NCBI GenBank assembly: GCA_052033375.1
Contig: JBPOJQ010000010.1
Coordinates: 5,941 to 69,940, forward strand
Direction: 5' to 3'
Origin: Candidatus Magasanikiibacteriota bacterium
GTDB lineage: Bacteria > Patescibacteriota > Patescibacteriia > Magasanikbacterales > UBA922
DNA length: 64,000 bases
Part shown: piece after piece, positions 20,486 to 29,570 of the stretch
Layout: each line of letters starts with the position of its first letter
Position numbering within the stretch: the first letter of the stretch is position 1
Notes under the pieces: generated by a model
Databases searched by the model: none
Seen by the model: the letters and a program-made list of their open reading frames with translations, nothing else
Told to the model about the DNA's origin: nothing
Position numbers and translations under genes: made by a program

Positions 20486-21445
20486 ATGCAATCTGAGGAT
20501 ATACAAAATTTAGTTCAAGGTGATTTTTTGAAAGTCGAAGATCAACTTCGTCAACTTATGATTGATCCTGTTGGAGAAGATGTACTACGGAGAGTATTTG
20601 TACAAGTATTTTCAACCTCCTCGTCTGAGGAGGTTAGAAAAAAATGGTGGACTACATATCGACTTTACACTGAACTCAATTGGATGAAATTGAAAGGCTT
20701 ACCTTCTGATTTTGTTGTTGAAACATGTTTTGGAAAACAGTTGATCATGGCTTGTATTCTCAAATTTGAACCAATAGACGAGGTGCTTTGGTTTCTAGCA
20801 GTTCGTTCTCCTGATAAAACTGATGCAATTACCGAATATTCGCGCATACGAGAAGCAGTATTTGAATCAGAGATGGTTGTGGGGATATATAAAAATCAAC
20901 CTCAGAAAGTGAAGGATATTGTACAAGAGATTGTACGTCTTAATCAAATGGATAATCCCTCGCTTGAAGTTGCAGAGTTTAAGGCAAAAGTAGAAACTAT
21001 ATTCTTTTCAGAAATGCCTGATCCTACGTATATTGAACGCTTGGATATTGATAAACGAGAATCGGTTGCTATATTTTTTTCGTTTATTCACTTTCTTATC
21101 GGCGTAAAACCAGAATATATCTATGGACTTGTTGAAGAGGCGTTGCATGCTGATGTGCTAGCAAGGGAAGAGTTACAAAATGAATCTGTTGACACTATTC
21201 AAAATTCAGAGACGGATACAGTTTTAGAACCAGAACAAGAAACTAACACAAATTATTTTGTAGAGATTAAAAATAACATTCAAGCTGATCTCGCAAGTGG
21301 AAAAATAGCGGATGAGGTGGAAGTTTTCGATATCTTGCACGCTTATTCAGAACAGTACAACGATCCTCGTATTCTCGACCTGTATTACTACGATGAACAA
21401 CAAGAAAAATTTGTCTGGAATGAGGAATTATTAAACGAGAATTAA
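20486..21445 (+). CDS. Hypothetical protein (acidic, helical)
   Basis: 319-aa ORF tightly packed in the cluster. Confidence 0.8.
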   Translation: MQSEDIQNLVQGDFLKVEDQLRQLMIDPVGEDVLRRVFVQVFSTSSSEEVRKKWWTTYRLYTELNWMKLKGLPSDFVVETCFGKQLIMACILKFEPIDEVLWFLAVRSPDKTDAITEYSRIREAVFESEMVVGIYKNQPQKVKDIVQEIVRLNQMDNPSLEVAEFKAKVETIFFSEMPDPTYIERLDIDKRESVAIFFSFIHFLIGVKPEYIYGLVEEALHADVLAREELQNESVDTIQNSETDTVLEPEQETNTNYFVEIKNNIQADLASGKIADEVEVFDILHAYSEQYNDPRILDLYYYDEQQEKFVWNEELLNEN

Positions 21446-21446
21446 T

Positions 21447-22709
21447 ATGGAAAATAGTTCTAAACTACAACCTACGATTCTTGTGAAAAAAGCGGATGGT
21501 ACGACTGAACGTATTACTCTTCAGGAATTTCGGAAAAGAAAGCAGTCGAGTATCGTACAGTCGCCTGTACCAGAGCCGAAAGTTCTTGAGAAAAAAGTTA
21601 CAGTTATTCCTCCAGCTCCACCAAGACGAGTAATTCCTCTGGTTGAAGAAGTCGAGGAACGGGAAGTTGTTCGTCCTACCATGCCTGCACCTCAACCTCC
21701 GGTACCACAGCCTCCTCGTCGTGTAATACCATTGGTAGAAGATGAAGAGCTTATTGTTAACAACAGACATAGAGAAGAGAAAGAACAGGCGCAGGTGTCC
21801 CCAGTCACTCCTGTGGTTCAAGCTGAGACGCATATAGCAAATACCACACCGGTGACGAAAGTGTTTGAGTCCCCCTATACACATCAGGCTTTGGTGGACA
21901 AACAAAAGTCGAATGGTCATTCCGTCCAAGGCGGATCTGCATTGGGCGAACGGTCACTTCTCGACGAAGATGATTCTGAGATTCGGGTTATAGGCGAAAA
22001 GAAAGGGCAGTTAGTCAGTCACACACCAGCAGTGCCAGTATCATTTTCGAGTTCAGTATCGATCCCAAAAGACTTAGAAGCACGAACATCTTCCCTGATT
22101 TTATCATGGAAAAAAGGAATTCGAGATCAGTATCAATTTATTGAGTATGCCATGAAGTCTCCTTCTGATGGTGGGCTTGGGCTTTCGAAGGTTGATGCAA
22201 CCAAGTTATTTGCTGAAATATCTCAGACCGCAACATTGGGTGCTCCACGTCCTCATACTGGGTCGATTCCCGTGGCTTCTATGACACCTCCTGCACCACT
22301 ACCCACCTCTTCGCAGAAAAAAACAACCGTGCATCAGATTCCATCATCAGCACCATCTGTGATGCAGGAGATTTCTCCTGCACGGGAACGTACTGCTGTT
22401 ATGGGTCCCATTGAAGAAGTAGAATCATTTAGTATTGAAGATTTTCGTAGACTGTCGCGGGTTCCAAAAACTGCAGGTGAAATGCTTCTTGCGAAATTTA
22501 GTGGTTGGAAAGATGAGTCATACTTGCTATACTTACAGGTATGCGAGAGTTGGAAAAAAAGTCTATTGTTTCGATTATATATTGAAAAGACAATTGAGGC
22601 AGTAGAAAAAAATCTTATCATTACTGCGGTATTACAGAATGGTGAATTGACGTATGAAGAATATCTAGCGATTGCAGAAGTGAATAAGAAGTTGGGGCAG
22701 ATGGATTGA
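21447..22709 (+). CDS. Hypothetical protein with Pro-rich linker and globular C-terminal domain
   Basis: 420-aa ORF; duplicated PPRRVIPLVE motif. Confidence 0.8.
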   Translation: MENSSKLQPTILVKKADGTTERITLQEFRKRKQSSIVQSPVPEPKVLEKKVTVIPPAPPRRVIPLVEEVEEREVVRPTMPAPQPPVPQPPRRVIPLVEDEELIVNNRHREEKEQAQVSPVTPVVQAETHIANTTPVTKVFESPYTHQALVDKQKSNGHSVQGGSALGERSLLDEDDSEIRVIGEKKGQLVSHTPAVPVSFSSSVSIPKDLEARTSSLILSWKKGIRDQYQFIEYAMKSPSDGGLGLSKVDATKLFAEISQTATLGAPRPHTGSIPVASMTPPAPLPTSSQKKTTVHQIPSSAPSVMQEISPARERTAVMGPIEEVESFSIEDFRRLSRVPKTAGEMLLAKFSGWKDESYLLYLQVCESWKKSLLFRLYIEKTIEAVEKNLIITAVLQNGELTYEEYLAIAEVNKKLGQMD

Positions 22710-22713
22710 TTAC

Positions 22714-22819
22714 AGTCGAAAGTCGTAAAGTCTGTAAAGTTATAAAGTAAAATACAAATAACTTTAGGATTTTATAGATGAATAACTTTCGACTTTATGG
22801 ACTTTTTGACTTTCTGACT
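22714..22819. repeat. Inverted arrays of AAAGT(C)/(G)ACTTT units
   Basis: Left agtc gaaagtc gtaaagtc tgtaaagt tataaagt; right acttt..actttc gacttt..gacttttt gactttct gact. Confidence 0.7.
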
Positions 22820-22825
22820 AAGATT

Positions 22826-23257
22826 ATGCAGCAGTTTATAGTCCCACAATTTATTGAAGTCGAAGATAAAATTTTGGGTCCGATCACGAGTCGGCAGTTT
22901 ATTATTTTATTGATTACCGGCCTGATTGTATTTGGTGCATATCGCTTTGGTGATTTTGCATTATTTATTTTTTGTCTCATATTTTTTGGTATTGGTGGAC
23001 TCGTAATTGCGTTTGTAAAAGTAAATGGACAAGCATTTCATTATTTTTTTCTGAATATTGTACAGACGCTCCGCCGACCGTCACGAAGGGTGTGGCATAA
23101 GACATTATCCAGAAAAGAACTTGAGATGCTCAGAAAGTATGTACCAGAGGCAGTTGAGGTAAAGGAACAAGCAAAACCAGTGAAACGTGAGCGAATTCAG
23201 GATTTGTCATTGTTGGTAAATACTGGTGGGTTTTATAGACCTGAGGATGATCGGTAG
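22826..23257 (+). CDS. PrgI family (VirB3-like) membrane protein
   Basis: MQQFIVPQFIEVEDKILGPITSRQF, two TMs, P..RVW. Confidence 0.88.
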   Translation: MQQFIVPQFIEVEDKILGPITSRQFIILLITGLIVFGAYRFGDFALFIFCLIFFGIGGLVIAFVKVNGQAFHYFFLNIVQTLRRPSRRVWHKTLSRKELEMLRKYVPEAVEVKEQAKPVKRERIQDLSLLVNTGGFYRPEDDR

Positions 23258-23286
23258 TAATTGTAGCGTTATCGTGCTTAGGTTCA

Positions 23287-23319
23287 ACCCCACCCCAACC
23301 CTCCCCTAAGAGGGGAGGG
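23287..23319. repeat. Short palindromic element, intergenic copy
   Basis: ACCCCACCCCAA-CCCTCCCCT-aag-AGGGGAGGG, 9-bp stem. Confidence 0.75.
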
Positions 23320-23332
23320 AGAATACTAAAAT

Positions 23333-24028
23333 ATGAAAGATAAAAAAGCAGTACAAAAACGAGCAAAACAATCCAATACCCAGGCGCATCTTCCGATTGC
23401 TGAGATTAAAGATGGAGTCGTAGTTTTAAAGGATGGTACGATGCGAAAGGTGCTTTTGACTTCGAGTATTAATTTTGCGCTTAAGTCAGAGGATGAACAG
23501 AACGCTATTATTTCTGCGTATGTTGGTTTTTTGAATTCACTTGATTTTCCAATTCAGATTGTAGTCCAGTCACGTAGACTACAGATTAAACCTTATTTGG
23601 ATACACTCAGTAAGCTTGAGCGTGATCAGGCGAATGAATTGTTGCGTGTCCAAATCGCTGATTACCGATTGTTTATTGAGGAGTTGGTAGATATGGGCAA
23701 AATCATGACTAAACGTTATTTTGTAATAGTGCCGTATTCGCCGTTGGATAATCAGAAAAAAAGTTTTTGGTCTCGTGCAAAGGAAGTGATTGTACCAGTG
23801 ATTACTTTGAAACTCAAAGAAGAACAATTCCAACGTCGAAAACAAGATTTGGAATTGCGTGTTCGTCAGATTAGTGCTGGTCTGGCTAATATGGGACTTG
23901 AAATAGCTGAGCTTGATACACAAGCGTTGATTGAATTGTACTACAGTACCTATAATCCAGATATATCTTTTGCTGAACAGATGGGCGATGTGGGGGCACA
24001 GCAAGTAGAAGAAAATTTACCTATGTAA
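23333..24028 (+). CDS. TraC/VirB4 N-terminal-like protein
   Basis: INFALKSEDEQ..FLNSLDFPIQI; lies between PrgI and the VirB4 ATPase. Confidence 0.72.
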   Translation: MKDKKAVQKRAKQSNTQAHLPIAEIKDGVVVLKDGTMRKVLLTSSINFALKSEDEQNAIISAYVGFLNSLDFPIQIVVQSRRLQIKPYLDTLSKLERDQANELLRVQIADYRLFIEELVDMGKIMTKRYFVIVPYSPLDNQKKSFWSRAKEVIVPVITLKLKEEQFQRRKQDLELRVRQISAGLANMGLEIAELDTQALIELYYSTYNPDISFAEQMGDVGAQQVEENLPM

Positions 24029-24031
24029 TGT

Positions 24032-25894
24032 ATGCCTTTTCAACCTGTCTCATTTGAATCACAAAATAAACGACTGAGTTCGTCCGCAGACAAAAAGAAA
24101 ACGGATGAAACATTGGTCACGCTTGAGGAAGAGCGTGTCTATCGTGAGGGGACTGTATCCCTTCGCGACTTGATTGCGCCTTCAGCTTTTAATGTTGAGT
24201 CAAATTTTTTGCAATTGGGCTCTATATTTTTGCGTACCATTTTTGTGGTGAGTTATCCACGCTATATTTCAATTGGCTGGTCTAGTCCTATTCTCAATCT
24301 CAATTTGACCATGGATGTGGGCATGTTTTTCTATCCAGTCGAAGCTCCTATTATTCTCAAACAATTGAAGAAAAAAGTGGGAGCACTCCAGGCACAGATT
24401 AGTCAGGATACTGAAAAAGGTGCGCCACGTGATCCTATTCGTGAAACTGCGCTTCGGGATGTCGAACAATTGAGAGATGACTTGACTCAAGGAATTGAAC
24501 ATTTTTTCCAATTTGCATTTTATGTAACTTTGTACGCGTCTACCAAAGAAGAATTGGACCGTGTAACTGAGGATATACACAATATTTTTGGATCCAAATT
24601 GATTCACAGTAAACATGTGTTATACCAGTCAGAACAAGGGTTTAATTCTACCGCGCCACTTGGGATTGATGAATTGGTGATTTCATTTAATATGAATTCA
24701 AGTCCCATTGCTGCGTCTTTTCCATTTATTTCGACTGAACTCACTAGTGATAATGGAATTCTATACGGTATCAATAAACACAATAATAGTTTGATTTTGT
24801 TCGATCGTTTTTCTTTGCAGAATGCTAACATGGTGGTATTTGCGACGTCTGGAGCCGGCAAGTCTTATGCTGTCAAACTTGAAATTCTTCGAAGTCTCAT
24901 GATGGGGATTGATGTCATTGTGATTGACCCTGAAATGGAATATGTACACCTTTCAGAGGCGGTTGGTGGAACCTATATCAATATTTCACTTGCGTCTGAG
25001 AGTAAAGTAAATCCATTCGATCTTCCACGTCCTGTGGGGCAACAAATTTCGACTGAAGATGTGATACGAAGCGCAGTTATCACTATGAAAGGACTTCTTC
25101 GTATTATGTTTGGTACACTTACTGCTTCTGAAGATTCGATTCTTGATCGCGCAGTGCTCGAAGCGTATGCAAAAAAAGATATTACCACTTCTTCTGATCT
25201 CGCTACTATTGAAGCCCCGATTATGCAGGATTTGCTTGACGTTCTCGAGGGAATGGAGGGCGCCGATACGCTTGCACTTAAACTTCGAAAATATACTGAT
25301 GGAACGTTTGCTGGACTTTTCAATGCTCCGACCAATGTAAATATGAACAATCAATTGGTGGTCTTTAGTGTGCGTGATTTGGAAGATGAACTACGTCCGA
25401 TGGCTATTTATACGCTTATTAATTATATATGGAATATTGTTCGATCAGAGCGGAAGAAACGCTTGTTGGTCATTGATGAAGCATGGTGGCTCATGCTTCA
25501 TGAAGATAGTGCAAAATTCATGTATGCGTTGGTAAAAAGATGCCGCAAATATTATTTAGGAGTCACGACAATCACACAGGATGTGAATGATTTCTTGCGC
25601 TCTCCATACGGACAGGCAATTGTAAATAATTCAGCATTACAATTATTGCTGAGACAAGCTCCTTCTGCTGTGGATATGATTCAAAAAACTTTCATGTTGA
25701 CCGAGGGTGAAAAATATTTATTGCTCGATAGTGGTGTTGGGCAGGGAATATTTTTTGCCGGAAATCGTCATGCTGCAATTCAGATTGTTGCTTCGTATAC
25801 CGAAGATCAGTTGGTGACTTCGAATCCACAGCAATTATTGGAAATAGAACGCGCAAAGAAAGAATTTCAGAATGAATTTAAGAAAGAATCTTAG
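24032..25894 (+). CDS. VirB4-like secretion ATPase
   Basis: Walker A ATSGAGKS, IDPE.EY, NPFD, Walker B VIDEAW, RKY, ITQ. Confidence 0.92.
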   Translation: MPFQPVSFESQNKRLSSSADKKKTDETLVTLEEERVYREGTVSLRDLIAPSAFNVESNFLQLGSIFLRTIFVVSYPRYISIGWSSPILNLNLTMDVGMFFYPVEAPIILKQLKKKVGALQAQISQDTEKGAPRDPIRETALRDVEQLRDDLTQGIEHFFQFAFYVTLYASTKEELDRVTEDIHNIFGSKLIHSKHVLYQSEQGFNSTAPLGIDELVISFNMNSSPIAASFPFISTELTSDNGILYGINKHNNSLILFDRFSLQNANMVVFATSGAGKSYAVKLEILRSLMMGIDVIVIDPEMEYVHLSEAVGGTYINISLASESKVNPFDLPRPVGQQISTEDVIRSAVITMKGLLRIMFGTLTASEDSILDRAVLEAYAKKDITTSSDLATIEAPIMQDLLDVLEGMEGADTLALKLRKYTDGTFAGLFNAPTNVNMNNQLVVFSVRDLEDELRPMAIYTLINYIWNIVRSERKKRLLVIDEAWWLMLHEDSAKFMYALVKRCRKYYLGVTTITQDVNDFLRSPYGQAIVNNSALQLLLRQAPSAVDMIQKTFMLTEGEKYLLLDSGVGQGIFFAGNRHAAIQIVASYTEDQLVTSNPQQLLEIERAKKEFQNEFKKES

Positions 25895-25967
25895 CCCATA
25901 TACTACGTAATACGCATACCATATATCACAAGTAGTGCGGGGTATGTGTCATAACAATTATACATAT

Positions 25968-26558
25968 ATGCTTTCTCTTCGAAAACGAATTTTGTTACTC
26001 ATAGGGAGTGTACTTTTTATTATATTATTAATTTTATTGTGGGTTTTCTTCAGAAAGAAGGCCCCGACGGTTGCCCCTGTGGAAACAATTCCAGAGACTG
26101 CTGAAGTCGAGATTGATCCGATTACGACTGTTGAGTATAAGAGACCAGATACCATTCCTACACAGCCCACAGCAGTGTCTGTCCATCCTGATGAGACGTA
26201 TGCAAAACAAACTGCGCGTATTTTTGTTGAACGTTTTTGGAGTTATTCAAATCAGAATAGCAATCAGCACATCGATGATGCGCTGGAGCTTTCTGTTGAT
26301 TCCATGCATACATGGATTATATCTCAGGCGCAAGAGCAAGGTATGCAGTATGCGGGTGCAACTACAGAGGTTTTGAGTTCGAGAATTTTGTCTCTTGATG
26401 CTCTGAATGCTTCAGTTGAGGTGGGCGCACGACAGGTAGTACAGAGTCTTGATCGTGAAGGTGCTATTGTCGAAGAAATAAAAAATATTACAGCCAAAGT
26501 TGATTTGGTAAAAACGGGGGATACTTGGTTGGTATCCGGATTGTGGCTGACTCCATAA
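25968..26558 (+). CDS. Bitopic membrane protein, possible VirB8/TcpC-like (NTF2 fold)
   Basis: N-terminal TM, FVERFWSYS, C-terminal VDLVK..TWLV strand; follows VirB4. Confidence 0.55.
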   Translation: MLSLRKRILLLIGSVLFIILLILLWVFFRKKAPTVAPVETIPETAEVEIDPITTVEYKRPDTIPTQPTAVSVHPDETYAKQTARIFVERFWSYSNQNSNQHIDDALELSVDSMHTWIISQAQEQGMQYAGATTEVLSSRILSLDALNASVEVGARQVVQSLDREGAIVEEIKNITAKVDLVKTGDTWLVSGLWLTP

Positions 26559-26585
26559 TACGTATTGTATTTATTTTTTTGTGGT

Positions 26586-27296
26586 ATGCAAGGGGGGATT
26601 TTTTATTTTGTTGTACACAATATCTTTGAGTATATTTTTCCTGTTTTTTGTATTATCTGTGGACGTGAAGGTTGGTTGATGTGTGAACAATGTGTTCAGA
26701 GTATAGATACACCGGGTGTTTTTTGTTGCCCAGTATGCCATCGTGAACAGCCTGGAGGAGTGTGTTGTATAGAATGTCGGGGCAGTACTCCGCTGGTTCG
26801 TCATGTTGCGATGATGCCTCTCTCTGAGATTTCTCCTATACACAAACTTATTCATGTGTATAAATATGATTATTGTGAAGAAGCTGAATCAGTATTTGAA
26901 AATTTGGTCACTACTTTTTTTGAGACATATATTTTTCCTCAGGTAGATTTTATTGTTCCCGTACCGTTGCATAGAAAAAGATATGTTGAGCGTGGGTTCA
27001 ATCAGAGTGCACGCATTGGGCGCATGATTAGCGCGGCCACTGGTATTCCGTATATTGACGCATTGTCTAGAGTAAAAAATACTGTAAAACAAGCAACACT
27101 TGACCGCGTAGGTAGGGAAGAGAATGTACGCGATGCTTTTATAGTAACAAAAGAATTACATGAAATTCTATCATGTAAACATATTGTTTTGATTGATGAT
27201 GTATATACTACAGGCAGCACACTGAGAGCATGCGCTGCAGCACTTCACCATGCTGGTGTACGTGAGATTTCTGGGTGGAGTGTTGCGAGAGGATGA
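26586..27296 (+). CDS. comF: ComF family phosphoribosyltransferase-like competence protein
   Basis: Cys zinc ribbons, VPVPLH..RGFNQS, LIDDVYTTGSTL. Confidence 0.93.
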   Translation: MQGGIFYFVVHNIFEYIFPVFCIICGREGWLMCEQCVQSIDTPGVFCCPVCHREQPGGVCCIECRGSTPLVRHVAMMPLSEISPIHKLIHVYKYDYCEEAESVFENLVTTFFETYIFPQVDFIVPVPLHRKRYVERGFNQSARIGRMISAATGIPYIDALSRVKNTVKQATLDRVGREENVRDAFIVTKELHEILSCKHIVLIDDVYTTGSTLRACAAALHHAGVREISGWSVARG

Positions 27297-27299
27297 TTT

Positions 27300-27743
27300 T
27301 TATAGTAGCGCAAGTTCAATTGCTGCGATTGTTGCGTCACTCCCCAGGTTTTTTCGTGCTACTGCCTGACTATGGTTATTGGCAGTGATGATTCCAAATC
27401 CAATAGGGATTTGTTGGTCAAGTGAGACGCGTAATACACCCTCTTGCGCCATTTTGCAGACGTATTCGAAATGTGGAGTTTCTCCTTTGATGACACAGCC
27501 AAGTGCGATAAGACAGTCGTATCGTTTGCTGAGTGCAAGTGATTGCAGTGCAAAGGGTATTTCCACACATCCCGCTACGTGCACTGTTGTGATGTGTGTT
27601 TCTTCTACTTTGCATCCATAGAGCGTGCTCATTGCAGATTCGAGGAGACCTTCGGTGATTTCTGTGTTAAATCGTGCAACCACGATTCCTACTTTTATAC
27701 CATGTGCGTCGATACGTGGTGAGAATTTATGGGGTATTTGCAT
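27300..27743 (-). CDS. ribH: 6,7-dimethyl-8-ribityllumazine synthase
   Basis: IVVARFN, EIP, LGCVIKGETPHFEYV, PIGFGI. Confidence 0.95.
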   Translation of the reverse strand: MQIPHKFSPRIDAHGIKVGIVVARFNTEITEGLLESAMSTLYGCKVEETHITTVHVAGCVEIPFALQSLALSKRYDCLIALGCVIKGETPHFEYVCKMAQEGVLRVSLDQQIPIGFGIITANNHSQAVARKNLGSDATIAAIELALL

Positions 27744-28323
27744 AGGTGAGGAATTGGTTAAGGTATTTTGCTAGTACATCAATTTCGATATTTACCATAT
27801 CACTGGTACGCTTTTCTGACAAGTTGGTATGGTCCCATGTGTATGGAATAATTTTAAACTTAAAATTATTTTTTCCTGTTCCAGTTACTGTCAGGCTGAT
27901 TCCATCAATTGCGATCGATCCTTTTTCGGCAATCATTTTGAGATATTTTTTTTCACGAGGTTCGATGGTAAATATGTATGAGTTTCCTTCTGGAATAATC
28001 GAAACAATTTTGCCGATGGTATCAATATGTCCTTGGACAATATGCCCATCAAGTCGATCGTGTGCTTTCATTGATTGCTCCATGTTTACCACTGATCCTT
28101 TTTTCAGACTAGAAAGATTAGTACGTTCGAGGCTTTCAGGCATATACTCAAATGTCAAACCACCTTTGTTTTTTTTCAGCGTTGAGCATACACCATTTAT
28201 GGTAATACTTGCACCAATTTTTAGTTTCCATTTTTTAGGTTGTGTGACGACGAGGATCATTCCATCTTTGTGTAGTTTTGTACTAACGACTGTTGCTGTT
28301 GCGGTTATTATTCCTGTAAACAT
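27727..28323 (-). CDS. ribE: Riboflavin synthase
   Basis: MFTGII start, GHIVQGHID, KGSIAIDGISLT, VNIEIDVLAKY. Confidence 0.95.
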   Translation of the reverse strand: MFTGIITATATVVSTKLHKDGMILVVTQPKKWKLKIGASITINGVCSTLKKNKGGLTFEYMPESLERTNLSSLKKGSVVNMEQSMKAHDRLDGHIVQGHIDTIGKIVSIIPEGNSYIFTIEPREKKYLKMIAEKGSIAIDGISLTVTGTGKNNFKFKIIPYTWDHTNLSEKRTSDMVNIEIDVLAKYLNQFLTYANTP

Positions 28324-28385
28324 ATGATACTGATTTTTTACCACTTAATAGTGTTTTGATACCACTGCCTGATGCATTCAATATG

Positions 28386-29570
28386 TTAGAATTGGTTTAT
28401 ATTTTTTTCCACGTACTCCCACACATATTTTGCAACAGGATTCGGTTTTCCTTCAACAGGGTAGTGGTGGAGGTTGATAAAAGGCACACCATTACATTCT
28501 ATAATACCCCAGATTTGATCGTGTGGTGAGCGTGAAATATTTTCAATAATAAAATCAAACCCTATTATTGGATCTTTTACCGTGGCAGCAGCCCGCTCTA
28601 AGATTGGTGGTATGTCTCGGTGCGTGATATCAGTTACTTCGGCACTATATCCGCCATATGATATTCCAATTTTTTCCAGCAGATCAATCGTCTCTCCTGG
28701 TTTGAGTACATCTTGTATTTTTTTCCCCGTACGTGCCAAAAATTCATAGTGACCTTCGTGTAGGTGTATGTCACTGACCTGTGGATTGCGATTGTTGTTT
28801 TTTATTTCAACTAGCTCTGCAATTGTGTATATACCGTCTCCAGTGATTCGTGGTGGGTCTCCACGCAAATTTCCTGTAAATTTTCCGTCAATCAATGTGC
28901 CGCGGTATACACTTCCTGTGAGATGCTCCTCCATGACTACCCAATAGCATAGTTGTTTCGCGCGCGTGAATGCTTTTTTTAATTCTTCTGTGGTCGAGAT
29001 GTGTGTGGTCGTGTGTCTTCCGCGAGATCCTATGCGTGGCTTGATAATCACTGGCTTTCGTAGTTTTCCAAACATCTCTTTGAGTGGCTTATATCGTGTA
29101 AATGATCCGCCTTGAGCTACGGGAATATGTGCTTTTTGCAATTTTTTTTTCAATACTGCCTTGTCATCGAGCCACCAATCAGCACCATTTTCATTGTGAG
29201 GTGGTCTGGGTAGGCCATTAAATCTTATTTTTTTTCCTTTAATTTCCACTTCATAGATATCAACTGGTTTTTTCCAGACAATAAAACTTTTTATTGGGAT
29301 TCCACGTTGTTCTGCTCCATCCCATAATGCTTTTCCTCGCCAGCTTACTACTTTTTCTTTATCAGTGTTCTCTTCAATTGCTCCAAAAAAATCTAGTATT
29401 TTGAATGTTGCTTGAAAGAACCAGTTTGAAAAAAGTGACACTGCACGTGACACAAAACTTCGTGAGATGAGTCTACCGATTGGGTTCATGATAATCACAA
29501 ATGATTGTGAGAGCCAGGTGAGTCTGTGTGGTACTGGATTATTACCACAGTAAATGCATTTTTTAGACAT
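28386..29570 (-). CDS. ATP-grasp ligase (cyanophycin synthetase/GshF ATP-grasp-like, no Mur domain)
   Basis: DDK..K..L..IPV, PVIIKP..GSRG, EE, GFDFI, IIECNG.P..H. Confidence 0.82.
   Translation of the reverse strand: MSKKCIYCGNNPVPHRLTWLSQSFVIIMNPIGRLISRSFVSRAVSLFSNWFFQATFKILDFFGAIEENTDKEKVVSWRGKALWDGAEQRGIPIKSFIVWKKPVDIYEVEIKGKKIRFNGLPRPPHNENGADWWLDDKAVLKKKLQKAHIPVAQGGSFTRYKPLKEMFGKLRKPVIIKPRIGSRGRHTTTHISTTEELKKAFTRAKQLCYWVVMEEHLTGSVYRGTLIDGKFTGNLRGDPPRITGDGIYTIAELVEIKNNNRNPQVSDIHLHEGHYEFLARTGKKIQDVLKPGETIDLLEKIGISYGGYSAEVTDITHRDIPPILERAAATVKDPIIGFDFIIENISRSPHDQIWGIIECNGVPFINLHHYPVEGKPNPVAKYVWEYVEKNINQF

Noticed and set aside
25896-25950. Weak 7-mer periodicity (ccatata ctacgta atacgca) after VirB4
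   Set aside because: It is too short and degenerate to separate from chance.
16646-27296. Integrative conjugative element or prophage
   Set aside because: No integrase, relaxase, coupling protein, att repeats or phage genes were seen, and start context matches host genes. The ORF-track start at 16646 falls inside the palindrome.
28386-29570. Cyanophycin synthetase cphA
   Set aside because: Only the ATP-grasp part is present, with no Mur-ligase domain and no cphB.
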